A stretch of 64,000 nt of DNA, taken from positions 96,001-160,000 of the forward strand of contig JAXGNR010000007.1 in NCBI GenBank assembly GCA_040767965.1, written 5' to 3'. This stretch comes from Atribacterota bacterium (lineage in GTDB: Bacteria; Atribacterota; Phoenicimicrobiia; Phoenicimicrobiales; Stramentimicrobiaceae). Made by a program: the position numbers and the translations under genes. The notes under the pieces were generated by a model that did not search any database, was not told where the DNA came from, and worked only from the letters and a program-made list of their open reading frames with translations. Shown here piece after piece: positions 1 to 9,728 of this stretch. The stretch's first letter is position 1. The number at the start of each line of letters is the position of its first letter.

Positions 1-32
1 ATTAAACTTAAAATAACTAAATATTTTTTCAT
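1..32 (-). CDS. 5' fragment of a secreted/membrane protein (MKKYLVILSL...), runs off the window edge
   Basis: ATG at 32 on the minus strand, preceded by SD-like AGAAAGGAA; basic then hydrophobic N-terminus typical of a signal peptide. Confidence 0.6.
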   Translation of the reverse strand, partial: MKKYLVILSL

Positions 33-355
33 TTTAAAATTCCTTTCTTATCTTATATTTTTTCTTTTAAAAAAACTATTTTTATTTTTTAATCACCCCT
101 TTTTTTAAACATTTATGGCAGAATGTAATATGGTAAGTTAATTAATATTATATACAATCCTATTCATTATGTAAAATATATCCATCGATTGATATCTGCT
201 TACTTTATGATAATTTTTTATCTGTGAAATCAATTGTCAGTATTATAAATAACTTATCTTAGTCAATGTTAACTTTTCTTGAAAACAAGAAGCTTTGTTG
301 ACCTAGATTTAATAAATTACATATAGACATTTTTTATATTAATGGATATTAATAT

Positions 356-405
356 AAAAAATGACGAAAAATTCATTCTATAATTCTGAATTTTTCGTCA
401 TTTTT
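356..405 (-). terminator. Intrinsic terminator downstream of the Bug/TctC gene
   Basis: Inverted repeat AAAAATGACGAAAAATTCA...TGAATTTTTCGTCATTTTT. Confidence 0.75.
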
Positions 406-468
406 GCTTTCTTTTTATTAATCTATAAAGTTGTTTTTAACTATATTATTAACTTATATTATTGGTTT

Positions 469-1430
469 TTATTCAAAATATTTCTCGTAAGCTGCCTGTA
501 ATTTTTCAGCTAATTCCATGGCTTGAGCTTTTGCTTCTTCTGGACCTATAAAGTCAACACCATAGTTGACAGCAGCCATGTCAGCAATAAAGTCTTCATT
601 GTTAGCAACTTCTTCGAATTTAGAAGCCAGATAATCAACTACTTCTTTAGGAGTCCCTGGAGGGGCAAAATATGCTCTTTGAGCTCCTGGAGCTAAACCA
701 AATTCTGGAATGCCAGCTTCTTCTGGAGTCAGGACTCCTTCAACAAAAGGTGACTTTCTATTACTATAAAATAATAAAGGTATTGCATCTCCTGAACGCA
801 GCAGTTCACGCATGTCAGAAACACTGCCGCTGGTTAATTCAATATGCCCACCCAATAAAGATATACGGGCATTTGCTCCGCCGTCATAAGGAACGATCTG
901 GAAGTCAAAACCGTAAACATCATTAAGAGTCATGATAGCTGCAGCCTGTGGAGTTCTTAATCCTTCAGTACCCCATGCTATTTTCCCAGGATTCGCTTTG
1001 GCATATTCAACTACATCTTCCCATGAAGTCCAGCCGGTCCCGGGATGAGTAATTACTACTCCATTATCTAATACCATATTACAGATAAATTCAAATTCTT
1101 CCCATAATTTTACATCAGTTCCACCTGACAGATACTGGCCAATTAAGTTGTCAGTATTATGGCCTAAAATTGTGTAACCGTCTGGTGTTTCTCTATATAC
1201 TTCCATTGCTCCAATTTGACCGGATGCCCCTGGAATATAGACCGGGACCAATGGTTGACCATCCAAGTCAATATAGCTCTGAATGGTTCTGGTCAACAAG
1301 TCAGTTCCGCCACCTGGATTAAAAGGAACAATAGACCTGATAGGACGTTCTGGGTATGCTGCCATAGACATTGAGGCAAAAGACATTAGCAGTACAGCTA
1401 TTAAAGTTAAAGTGATTATATTTTTTTCAT
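469..1430 (-). CDS. Tripartite tricarboxylate transporter substrate-binding protein (Bug/TctC family), with a 1-nt frameshift in the signal peptide as sequenced
   Basis: YPERPIRSIVPFNPGGGTD, PDGYT, VPYDGG and APPGTP motifs. AAGGAG + ATG at 1430 is one base out of frame with ORF 469..1386 at an A7 run. Confidence 0.85.
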
Positions 1431-1554
1431 TTTGTTACTCCTTCTCTTGTATAATTTTTTTCTTCTTCGTTGATGCTAATTTGCTTTTTCTATTTATAAA
1501 CAATTTACGATATTTTTTATCACCTCCATTACTTATTTAATAGATATGTTTACT

Positions 1555-1583
1555 ATTATAAATGATTATGCTTTTTATATCAA
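1555..1583 (-). promoter_or_regulatory. Sigma70-type promoter for the Bug/TctC gene
   Basis: TTGATA-17 bp-TATAAT on the minus strand. Confidence 0.6.
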
Positions 1584-1603
1584 ATGCTCTGTCTTTCAAT
1601 AGT

Positions 1604-2824
1604 TTACTCGTATCTTAAAGCATCTACCGGATTCATCCTGGCAGCTTTCATAGCCGGATATAAACCAAAAAATATTCCAATAAAAAGAGCAAAGCCAAAG
1701 GCCAGGTATATTGATAGATGTGAAACAACCAAAGGCCATTTTCCGTATTGAGCTAAAAAATAAGCCACAGTCCAACCAAAACCAATTCCTATCAAACCAC
1801 CAGCGCTGCTCAAGCTTAAAGATTCCATTAAAAACTGAAATAATATATTCTTATTCTTGGCTCCTAATGCTTTACGAATACCAATTTCTCTTGTTCTTTC
1901 GGTAACCGATACCAGCATGATATTCATAATACCAATGCCTCCTACTAATAAAGAAATTGCCGCTATTCCACCCAACATAAGACTCATTGTATTGGTAACC
2001 GAGCTAACTGTGTCCAATATTTCATCCTGACTCATAATACGAAATCGCTCTTTATTCTCATCTTCTAAATACTTAACCATAAAAAATTCCATTTCTTTTA
2101 CAGCACTTGCTGCTTTTTCAGAGGAAACAGCCTGGGCAATAAATGAATCTGCATATCTTTGTGCCAGTATTCTGTCCATGGCTACAGATAAGGGTATGTA
2201 AACCCTTTCATCTAGATTTCCAGCCATTGATCCTCCTTTTTCCTGCATAATTCCAATGACTGTAAAAGTAAATGTTCTTCCGTTATAATTTATCTTAATA
2301 TCTTTTCCAAGAGGATCTTCAGTTTCAAAAAGGTCTGCTGCTAAAGCGGATCCAATTACAATTACTGGATTTCTTTCAGTATTATCTCTGGCACTTATAA
2401 AAACTCCTTTTGCGACTTCATAATTATTTACATTCATATAATCATATTCAGTTCCAATAACAGTTGTGTTTATGTTGACATCACTGGAAATAACCCTGGC
2501 ACTAAACTGCTTAACAGGGGTAACTGAAAGAAGAGAAGGGCAAAATTCTACCAGGTAATCGGCCAATTCTATTGTAAATTTCTCTTGAGAATTACCAGTG
2601 CTGATTGTTCCCCACTGACCCCTTGGTGTTCTTGGATATAAAGTAATCATATTTGAGCCAAGATTAGCAATTCGAGAGGTAACCTGCTCAGTGGAGCCGG
2701 TCCCCACTGACACAATAGCAATAACCGCACCAACCCCAATAACAATCCCGAGCATAGACAGGAAACTGCGCATTTTATTAGACCATAAACTCTCCAAGGC
2801 AATTTTTATACTTTGTAAAATCAT
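1604..2824 (-). CDS. ABC transporter permease, MacB/FtsX family
   Basis: [17 protein letters not shown] and [28 protein letters not shown] motifs. Confidence 0.92.
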   Translation of the reverse strand: MILQSIKIALESLWSNKMRSFLSMLGIVIGVGAVIAIVSVGTGSTEQVTSRIANLGSNMITLYPRTPRGQWGTISTGNSQEKFTIELADYLVEFCPSLLSVTPVKQFSARVISSDVNINTTVIGTEYDYMNVNNYEVAKGVFISARDNTERNPVIVIGSALAADLFETEDPLGKDIKINYNGRTFTFTVIGIMQEKGGSMAGNLDERVYIPLSVAMDRILAQRYADSFIAQAVSSEKAASAVKEMEFFMVKYLEDENKERFRIMSQDEILDTVSSVTNTMSLMLGGIAAISLLVGGIGIMNIMLVSVTERTREIGIRKALGAKNKNILFQFLMESLSLSSAGGLIGIGFGWTVAYFLAQYGKWPLVVSHLSIYLAFGFALFIGIFFGLYPAMKAARMNPVDALRYE

Positions 2825-3510
2825 TCTAATACCTCATCTTTTTCAATTAACCCATCTTTTAAGCGAATAATTCGCTTAGCATAGTTAGCTATGTCAATCT
2901 CATGTGTAACCAGAATAATTGTATTACCTGCCTGATTTAAATCTTTAAATATTTCCATAATATCCAAACCGGTTTTAGAGTCTAAATTACCAGTTGGTTC
3001 ATCAGCCAGAATAATTGATGGATTGTTGATTAAAGCTCTGGCAATAGCAACTCTCTGTTTTTGTCCTCCGGAAATTTCATTGGGGCGATGGTTAATCCTA
3101 TCACCTAATCCTACTTTTTCTAAAGCTGCAATCGCTAGCTTTCTTCTTTCCTTTGGATGAACACATGAATATATCAAAGGCAATTCCACATTTCTCAGAT
3201 TGGTGATCTTGGGCAGCAGATTAAATTGCTGAAACACAAAACCTATTTTTTTGCTTCTGAATACCGCTAACTGATTATCATTTAATTGAGAAACATCCTG
3301 CTCTGATAGGATATATTCACCACTGGTAGCATAATCCAGACAACCAATTATATGCATCAAAGTGGATTTTCCTGAACCTGAAGGTCCCATAATAGATACA
3401 AACTCTCCTTCTCTGACCCCAAATGTAATACCTCGCAATGCTTCGACTAAAACTTTTTCAAGTTTATAAGTTTTAATTATCTTCTCCATTTTAATTACAA
3501 ATTCCATCAA
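2821..3510 (-). CDS. ABC transporter ATP-binding protein (LolD/MacB-type)
   Basis: Walker [18 protein letters not shown] signature, [11 protein letters not shown]. Confidence 0.93.
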   Translation of the reverse strand: MMEFVIKMEKIIKTYKLEKVLVEALRGITFGVREGEFVSIMGPSGSGKSTLMHIIGCLDYATSGEYILSEQDVSQLNDNQLAVFRSKKIGFVFQQFNLLPKITNLRNVELPLIYSCVHPKERRKLAIAALEKVGLGDRINHRPNEISGGQKQRVAIARALINNPSIILADEPTGNLDSKTGLDIMEIFKDLNQAGNTIILVTHEIDIANYAKRIIRLKDGLIEKDEVLE

Positions 3511-3518
3511 TTAACTCC

Positions 3519-4583
3519 TTAAGGCCTTATTCTGGGCATAGGTATTCCTCCAAGAGGATTTCTGGAATTTTGAGGTGGATTGTTTCTTTGATAATTGTTA
3601 ACAATAATTTTATCCCCTGTGTTCAATCCAGCTGTCACTTCCTGATAAAAACTGTCACTTATTCCTACTTTCACAGGGGTAGGAAGAATTTGGTTTTGTT
3701 CTACTTTTAGGACTACAATATCCGAATCTGTTTGTGAGATTGCTGTAATAGGTATTATCATTACATCTTCAGCTGAATCTATAATAATTTCTGCAGTAGC
3801 AGAAAAACCCGGTTTAAAATAATGAGAAACTTCATCAATCAGCAAAGTTACTGGAACAGTGACTACCCCGCTTTCTATTTTCGCATATTCAGCAACCTCT
3901 GCTACCGTACCGGTAAATTTTTGCCCTTTTAAAATATCCAATTCAATTTCTACTTTTTGTCCAACTGCAACGCTAAGGCAATCTACTTCACTAACCGATA
4001 CCTTTACCTCATAAGATGAATCATCAATAATATAAACTACATCACTGCTGCCTTCAATAAAATCTCCTTCTTCTATAAAAATATCAACAATTTTCCCAGA
4101 AAAAGGAGCTTTTAATGTTTTTGATTCATATTTATCTAATGCTACTTCCATTGTCAGTTTTGCTTCTTCAATCTGGCTGGGAGATCCGGTTATCTTTGCT
4201 AATTCATAATCATTTTTAGCTTTCAGATAATTGAGATGTTCCTGTTTGTCTTCCAGTTTAACCAATTGCTGCCCTCTTTCTACCAGCTCTCCTCTTTGTG
4301 AAAATATTCTCTCTACTGTACCGCCAGTAGTTCCAGTAGTAGCAAAGCTTAAATAGGCCTCATTCTCTGGTTTTATGTAGCCGCTTGTCGATACAGTTTT
4401 TTTTATATTGCCAGTTTTTACCTCAATAATTGCCCCTGGATCTATTTTTTCAGCATAAGCATTTTCTCTTAATCTGGATGAATTATAAATAGGTAAAACA
4501 TCTAATATTTTATCTTTATAAAAATAAATACCAGTAATTATTAATATTATTGTAAAAATAAAAATAACAGTTTTTTTTCTCAT
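3519..4583 (-). CDS. Efflux periplasmic adaptor (MacA/HlyD-like membrane fusion protein)
   Basis: N-terminal TM anchor, lipoyl-like LKAPFSGKIV motif; co-oriented with the MacB-like ABC genes. Confidence 0.85.
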   Translation of the reverse strand: MRKKTVIFIFTIILIITGIYFYKDKILDVLPIYNSSRLRENAYAEKIDPGAIIEVKTGNIKKTVSTSGYIKPENEAYLSFATTGTTGGTVERIFSQRGELVERGQQLVKLEDKQEHLNYLKAKNDYELAKITGSPSQIEEAKLTMEVALDKYESKTLKAPFSGKIVDIFIEEGDFIEGSSDVVYIIDDSSYEVKVSVSEVDCLSVAVGQKVEIELDILKGQKFTGTVAEVAEYAKIESGVVTVPVTLLIDEVSHYFKPGFSATAEIIIDSAEDVMIIPITAISQTDSDIVVLKVEQNQILPTPVKVGISDSFYQEVTAGLNTGDKIIVNNYQRNNPPQNSRNPLGGIPMPRIRP

Positions 4584-4868
4584 TTTTCGTTCTTCTTCTC
4601 CTCTTCTGAAAGATTAGCAATTTTGTCAATTAGTTATTTGTTTAAATAAATCGTTTCTTAAAAATAAAATAAAATGATAACAAAATAATAAATATCAGCT
4701 GTTAATTTTTTTATATATTATTTATAAGCGTTTTGCTCTTTTTTTTAAAAGTTAATTCAGTCTATTATTAAACATTTACTCACAAATAATTATAGACACA
4801 AAATATTAAAACTACTTAAAAATAATCTTAAATTTTTATAAAATTAAGATATTTTTCATTATCTCATA

Positions 4869-4915
4869 TTGACAGATGAAAATTCTCTTCTATAATTTAT
4901 TTAGTTAGCTAAATA
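4869..4915 (+). promoter_or_regulatory. Promoter and palindromic operator of the marR-MATE operon
   Basis: TTGACA-16 bp-TATAAT (4869-4896), followed by near-palindrome TATTTAGTTAGCTAAATA (4898-4915). Confidence 0.65.
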
Positions 4916-4927
4916 TCAGGTATTAGT

Positions 4928-5362
4928 ATGAGAAAAAACACAAAAAATATCCCTCGGCTTATTATGCAAATCGGACATCATTTAAAGATGCGTTTAAACT
5001 ATAATCTAAGTGAAAATAATCTTACAATTTCCCAGTTTAAAGTATTGGCTTATTTATGGGAACATGATCAACAAAAAATAAACCAAAAACAGATTTACGA
5101 TTTTATAGAAATTAAACCTTCATCTATGACTAAATTAATTAAACTATTAGAAACAAAAAATTTAATCAAAAAAGATATTGATCCGGATGATTCTAGAAAT
5201 ACTGTTATCAGTTTAACAAAAAAAGGAATGGAAATTAAGCAAATCTGTTTAGAAAACATTAAGGAATCAGAGAAAAATTTGCTAAAAGATTTTTCTCAAC
5301 AGGAAATATATACCCTTCTTTCTTTATTATTAAAGATAAAAGATAAAATAGTAATTTTCTAG
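4928..5362 (+). CDS. MarR family transcriptional regulator (MepR-like)
   Basis: LTISQFKVL...IKPSSMTKLIKLLE...DPDDSR...LTKKG winged-helix pattern. Confidence 0.9.
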   Translation: MRKNTKNIPRLIMQIGHHLKMRLNYNLSENNLTISQFKVLAYLWEHDQQKINQKQIYDFIEIKPSSMTKLIKLLETKNLIKKDIDPDDSRNTVISLTKKGMEIKQICLENIKESEKNLLKDFSQQEIYTLLSLLLKIKDKIVIF

Positions 5363-5405
5363 ATATTTATTTAGTGAAAATTTATAGAAGAACAGGAATA
5401 ATCAA

Positions 5406-6806
5406 ATGGATGATAAAAGAATCAAAATTTTACGTGATGAACCACCTGTCAAGGCTATTATTTATTTAGCCTTTCCGACAATACTGGGTATGATTGTACA
5501 GGTCTTTTACAATCTCACAGATACTTTTTTTATTGGGAAACTTAATGATCCACTTCAGGTAGCAGCTATTTCTATAGCCTTTCCTATTTTTATGATGTTG
5601 ATGTCTGTCAGCGGAATGTTTGGTTTCGGAGCATCATCCTATATTTCAAGATTATTGGGTAATAAAGACTATGTTATGGCTAAAAAGACCAGCTCTACGG
5701 CCTTTTATTCTTGTTTATTTGCCAGTGTGTTCACAGCAATAATAGGTTTATTTTTTATATCTCCTATTCTAGTTTTTATCGGAGTTACCAGGGAAACATA
5801 CAATTATGCTTACGATTACCTGTTTGTTATATTCATCAGCAGCAGCGTATTGATGCTAAAATTCTTTTTTGGTAATTTGCTGAGATCCGAGGGTGCTGCA
5901 AAAATATCCATGTTTGGAATGTTTATTGGTACCGGACTTAATATTATTTTAGATCCAATTTTTATATTTGTTTTTAATTATGGAGTTACTGGTGCCGCTA
6001 TTGCCACAGTAATCGGGCAATTAGTATCCCTCATTTATTATCTTTCTTTTTATTGGCAGAAAAAAAGCATAGTTTCAATTAAATGGAAATATTTTACTCC
6101 TAAAAAGGATTTGTATCTGGAAATATTCAGAATAGGCATACCAGCATCCTTAAATAATTTTATGATAAGCATTGCTCAAACTTTAGGAAATTATGTAGCA
6201 GCAGGATATAATGATATGGTAGTAGCTGCTTTTGGAATTAACCATCGAGTTTTTTCTATGGCTATAATGATACTTATAGGACTTTCTGAAGGCACACAAC
6301 CTTTGATTGGATATAGCTATGGTGCTAAAAAAATTCCAAGACTTAATAGTATCATTAAAACAGCAGGTATTATGGCTACCTCCATTTCAATTTTCTTTTT
6401 AATTTTCTTTTATTTTTTTGCAGGAGAAATGATAAAAATTTTCATTAATAATGAACAGGTTGTTGATTACGGGATAAGAATTATGAGAGCCTTGATGATA
6501 TCATTGCCTTTTGCAGGTATTCAATTTCTTATACGGGTCAGCTTTCAATCATTAGGAAAAGGAAGACCAGCTTTGATACTGGCATTATCAAGACAGGGTC
6601 TTTTTTACATTCCTATTTTATTTCTCTTAAATTATTTCTTCGGATTTTCTGGATTCATTTATGCTCAGCCAATTGCAAATATTTTAACATTTATTCTAGC
6701 AACAGTTCTGTTTAAACAAATTAAACTGCAAATAGAAAATGAACATCAGAACTCAACTGTTGAAGCAGTTTCCCCCAAATTGGATGAATCTTTTTCTGAA
6801 GCTTAA
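5406..6806 (+). CDS. MATE family efflux transporter (MepA-like)
   Basis: YNLTDTFFIG, LRSEG, NIILDPIFIF and GAAIAT motifs; about 12 TM helices. Confidence 0.92.
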   Translation: MDDKRIKILRDEPPVKAIIYLAFPTILGMIVQVFYNLTDTFFIGKLNDPLQVAAISIAFPIFMMLMSVSGMFGFGASSYISRLLGNKDYVMAKKTSSTAFYSCLFASVFTAIIGLFFISPILVFIGVTRETYNYAYDYLFVIFISSSVLMLKFFFGNLLRSEGAAKISMFGMFIGTGLNIILDPIFIFVFNYGVTGAAIATVIGQLVSLIYYLSFYWQKKSIVSIKWKYFTPKKDLYLEIFRIGIPASLNNFMISIAQTLGNYVAAGYNDMVVAAFGINHRVFSMAIMILIGLSEGTQPLIGYSYGAKKIPRLNSIIKTAGIMATSISIFFLIFFYFFAGEMIKIFINNEQVVDYGIRIMRALMISLPFAGIQFLIRVSFQSLGKGRPALILALSRQGLFYIPILFLLNYFFGFSGFIYAQPIANILTFILATVLFKQIKLQIENEHQNSTVEAVSPKLDESFSEA

Positions 6807-6835
6807 TATTCTTTTTCTTCTATGAATAAATACAT

Positions 6836-6885
6836 AAACAAATAAAGCACTTACATTATAAATGTAAGTGCTTTATTTGTTTTTT
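6836..6885. terminator. Bidirectional terminator between convergent MATE and gdh
   Basis: 22-bp perfect inverted repeat AAACAAATAAAGCACTTACATT-ATA-AATGTAAGTGCTTTATTTGTTT. Confidence 0.85.
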
Positions 6886-6917
6886 ATGTCTGTATTTCAG
6901 TTTAGTAGTTTTTATCT

Positions 6918-8174
6918 TTAAGGCCAAATCCCTCTAAATCTCATTGCTTCGGCAACTTTTCCGACAGCACTAATATATGCAGCAGTACGGTTATCAATAT
7001 TTTCCTTTTGTGCAATATTTAAAACTTCATTAAAAGCTCTTTCTATTCTTTTTTTCAACCTGCGGGCAACCTTTTCTTCACTCCAGAAATAACCATTAAG
7101 ATTCTGAACCCACTCAAAATATGAAACTACAACACCACCTGAGTTGGCCAAAATATCTGGTATTACAAAAGTTCCTTTTTCTTTTAATATTTCATCTGCT
7201 TCAGGAGTTGTGGGCCCATTTGCTGCTTCAGCAATAATTCTTGCCTTAACATCATGAGCATTATTCTCATCAATAACTTCCTCCAGTGCTGCAGGAACAA
7301 GAATATCACACTCCAATTTCAATAGTTCTTCATTTGTTATCTGCTCAGTACCGTTACTGGAAAAGTCACTTACGGTCCCTGTTTCTTGTTTATGTTTAAG
7401 CAGGGCTACTGGATCCAATCCTTTTTCATTATAAACTCCACCTTTTGAATCACTGACAGCAATTACCTTTAATCCTTTTTCATGCAAAAATTTACCGACA
7501 AAAGATCCTGCATTGCCAAAACCCTGGATTACCACTGTGGCTTTTTCAGGAGAAATGCTTAACCGATCCAGAGATAATAGTATAGTTTGAACTACACTGG
7601 AAGCTGTGGCAGTTACCCTACCTTGAGAACCCCATAACTGGATAGGTTTACCGGTAACTACTGAGAAAGTCGCTTCTCCGCTTAACATATTATAGGTATC
7701 AACATACCAACTCATAACTTTTGAGTTAGTGTAAACGTCGGGAGCAGGCACATCTTTATTAGGACCAATTATAGGGGATATTTCATAAATATATCTTCTG
7801 GATAATCTTTCTAATTCCCCCTCTGACATTTCTTTAGGATTGCAGATAATTCCACCTTTTGCACCACCATAAGGTAAATCTACCACAGCACATTTCCAGG
7901 TCATCCAGGCTGATAAAGCCTTTATTTCATCAAAGCAAACCTGGGGATGATATCTTACTCCACCTTTAGCAGGACCTCGAGCAGTATTATATTGTGCTCT
8001 AAATCCCGTAAAAACCTCTATTTCTCCATTATCCATTTTAACTGGAATTGAGACAGTAAGTACTTTTTCAGTTTTACGCAATTGTTTTTTAAGGTTCTCA
8101 TCGATATTCATTCTGGATAAAGCTTTTTCTAACTGTAAATTAGCTACATCTAATGCACTTTTCTTTTTTTCCAT
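6918..8174 (-). CDS. gdhA: Glu/Leu/Phe/Val dehydrogenase (NAD(P)-dependent glutamate dehydrogenase)
   Basis: GPAKGGVRYHP, LPYGGAKGG, DVPAPD, QGFGNAG and SYFEWVQN motifs. Start moved to ATG 8174 behind AAAGGAG. Confidence 0.93.
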   Translation of the reverse strand: MEKKKSALDVANLQLEKALSRMNIDENLKKQLRKTEKVLTVSIPVKMDNGEIEVFTGFRAQYNTARGPAKGGVRYHPQVCFDEIKALSAWMTWKCAVVDLPYGGAKGGIICNPKEMSEGELERLSRRYIYEISPIIGPNKDVPAPDVYTNSKVMSWYVDTYNMLSGEATFSVVTGKPIQLWGSQGRVTATASSVVQTILLSLDRLSISPEKATVVIQGFGNAGSFVGKFLHEKGLKVIAVSDSKGGVYNEKGLDPVALLKHKQETGTVSDFSSNGTEQITNEELLKLECDILVPAALEEVIDENNAHDVKARIIAEAANGPTTPEADEILKEKGTFVIPDILANSGGVVVSYFEWVQNLNGYFWSEEKVARRLKKRIERAFNEVLNIAQKENIDNRTAAYISAVGKVAEAMRFRGIWP

Positions 8175-8279
8175 ACTATTCTCCTTTCTTCTGAGTGACA
8201 ATAAATTATTAATTATCATTAAGTTTATTTACAACTATCATTTTTGTAGTAGTAATTTTGTATTACTTATTACACATAC

Positions 8280-8329
8280 AAAAAGCCCGAGAGATAAATT
8301 CTTTAACAGAACCTATCTCTCGGGCTTTT
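8280..8329 (-). terminator. Riboswitch expression-platform terminator upstream of gdh
   Basis: AAAAGCCCGAGAGATAGGTTC...GAATTTATCTCTCGGGCTTTTT; its 5' arm is the 3' strand of the aptamer. Confidence 0.85.
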
Positions 8330-8458
8330 ATCCCAAAAGTGTAGCAATTAGTTATTTTGCTTGCACCGCTCGGTCCAGACTTAAACTTTTCCTTATAAGT
8401 TGTTCTATTATTATGATAAATCAAACACTAAAACGGAACCCTAGGTGCACTCCTGCTT
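8305..8458 (-). ncRNA. ykkC-family riboswitch with P0 stem, predicted ppGpp-sensing (subtype 2a)
   Basis: Minus strand: AAGCAGGAGTGCACCTAGGGTTCCG...CTGGACCGAGCGGTGCA-AGCAA/TTGCT-ACACTTTTGGGATAAAAGCCCGAGAGATAGGTTCTGTT, matching the ykkC core. The family call is strong; the ligand is inferred. Confidence 0.85.
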
Positions 8459-8483
8459 AAAAACTATATTATCATATCAAAAT

Positions 8484-8512
8484 AGTATATAAAACTAAAT
8501 GTTTTTTGTCAA
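8484..8512 (-). promoter_or_regulatory. Sigma70-type promoter driving riboswitch-gdh
   Basis: TTGACA-17 bp-TATACT on the minus strand. Confidence 0.75.
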
Positions 8513-8593
8513 TATTACTTCTTTAACTGCAAAATAGCTTTTTTAGGTTTTTATTTTACACATCATAATAATAATGAATTATTATTGATATTT

Positions 8594-9694
8594 CTAAAAT
8601 AGAAAAACACCATTTTTATAGATCAACTGATTGTCTGCATATATTTCGCCACCATTTTTCATATCAGAAATCAGGTCCCAATGAATGGCAGACAAATTTT
8701 TCCCCCCTGCTTCAGGAAGAGACCTGCCTAAAGCGATATGAACAGTTCCACCTATTTTTTCATCAAAAAGGATATTTTTAGTAAATTTTTGAATGTTATA
8801 ATTAGTTCCAACGGCTATTTCACCAAGAAAACTTGACCCCTCATCTGTAGTTAGTATTTCTTTTAAAAATTCTTCTCCCTTCACCGCAGAAACTTCTACC
8901 ACTTTCCCTTTCTTTAAAGTTAATCTTATATCTTCAACTTCTCTTCCATCATAAATAGCAGGAAAGTTAAAACGAATATTGCCTTCTGCTGAGTCTTCAA
9001 TCGGGCTGGTGAAAACTTCTCCATCAGGAAAATTTTCTTTTCCTGAACAATTTATCCATTTTCTACCTTTGATAGATACCTTTAAGTCAGTACTATGAGA
9101 TATAATTCTAAGTTCTTTTTTTTGGTTAAGAAAATTACAAATACTCTCCTGTTTTCGGTTAATTTCCTGCCAGGCAGTAATTGGATCTATGTCATTTAAA
9201 AGGCAGGCATTGTAAACAAATTCTTCATATTCAGAGAAAGACATATTGGCCTCTTGCGCCACTGCCGGAGTAGGTGAAAGAGTCCCACACCAACGGGCTT
9301 CACCTTTAGCTAAACGCTGAAAAAGTAAATCAATAATTGGTCTTCTCCCCTGTGAATAAGTTTTCATTTTTACAGGCTCAATATTTGCAAAAATCCTGGT
9401 ATTGGAGCTTCCCCAAATAGTTAATATAGTATCTGCAGTTTCATAGCTCTTCTTTAGACTGGCCGGTAAATATTTAATCTGCTCTTCATTTCCAGTTTTT
9501 AATGTTATTTCCTGCAGTTCCTCTTCCAGAAAATGACATTCTGGAAAAGCTTCCATTTTAACAGCTTGCCTGAATATTTCTTTCATTAGTGGATAAGTAG
9601 CTGATTGGCCAAGTATTGTTAATTTATCTCCTCTTTTTAATTCTACTGAATAATTAAGTAAAATATGAGCATGTTTTTCTATAAATTTATCCAT
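8594..9694 (-). CDS. Aminopeptidase, M29 family (AmpS/AmpT)
   Basis: NFPDGEVFTSP, LGEIA, LFDEKIGGTVHIALG and SAIHWD motifs. Confidence 0.9.
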   Translation of the reverse strand: MDKFIEKHAHILLNYSVELKRGDKLTILGQSATYPLMKEIFRQAVKMEAFPECHFLEEELQEITLKTGNEEQIKYLPASLKKSYETADTILTIWGSSNTRIFANIEPVKMKTYSQGRRPIIDLLFQRLAKGEARWCGTLSPTPAVAQEANMSFSEYEEFVYNACLLNDIDPITAWQEINRKQESICNFLNQKKELRIISHSTDLKVSIKGRKWINCSGKENFPDGEVFTSPIEDSAEGNIRFNFPAIYDGREVEDIRLTLKKGKVVEVSAVKGEEFLKEILTTDEGSSFLGEIAVGTNYNIQKFTKNILFDEKIGGTVHIALGRSLPEAGGKNLSAIHWDLISDMKNGGEIYADNQLIYKNGVFLF

Positions 9695-9728
9695 TTTGCC
9701 CCTCTACAGTAAATATTTTTATGGTATT

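Noticed and set aside
8280-8460. T-box or guanidine-I reading of the gdh leader
   Set aside because: No T-box TGGNACC motif is present. The P0 stem and gene context do not fit guanidine-I, which lacks P0 and precedes exporters or carboxylases.
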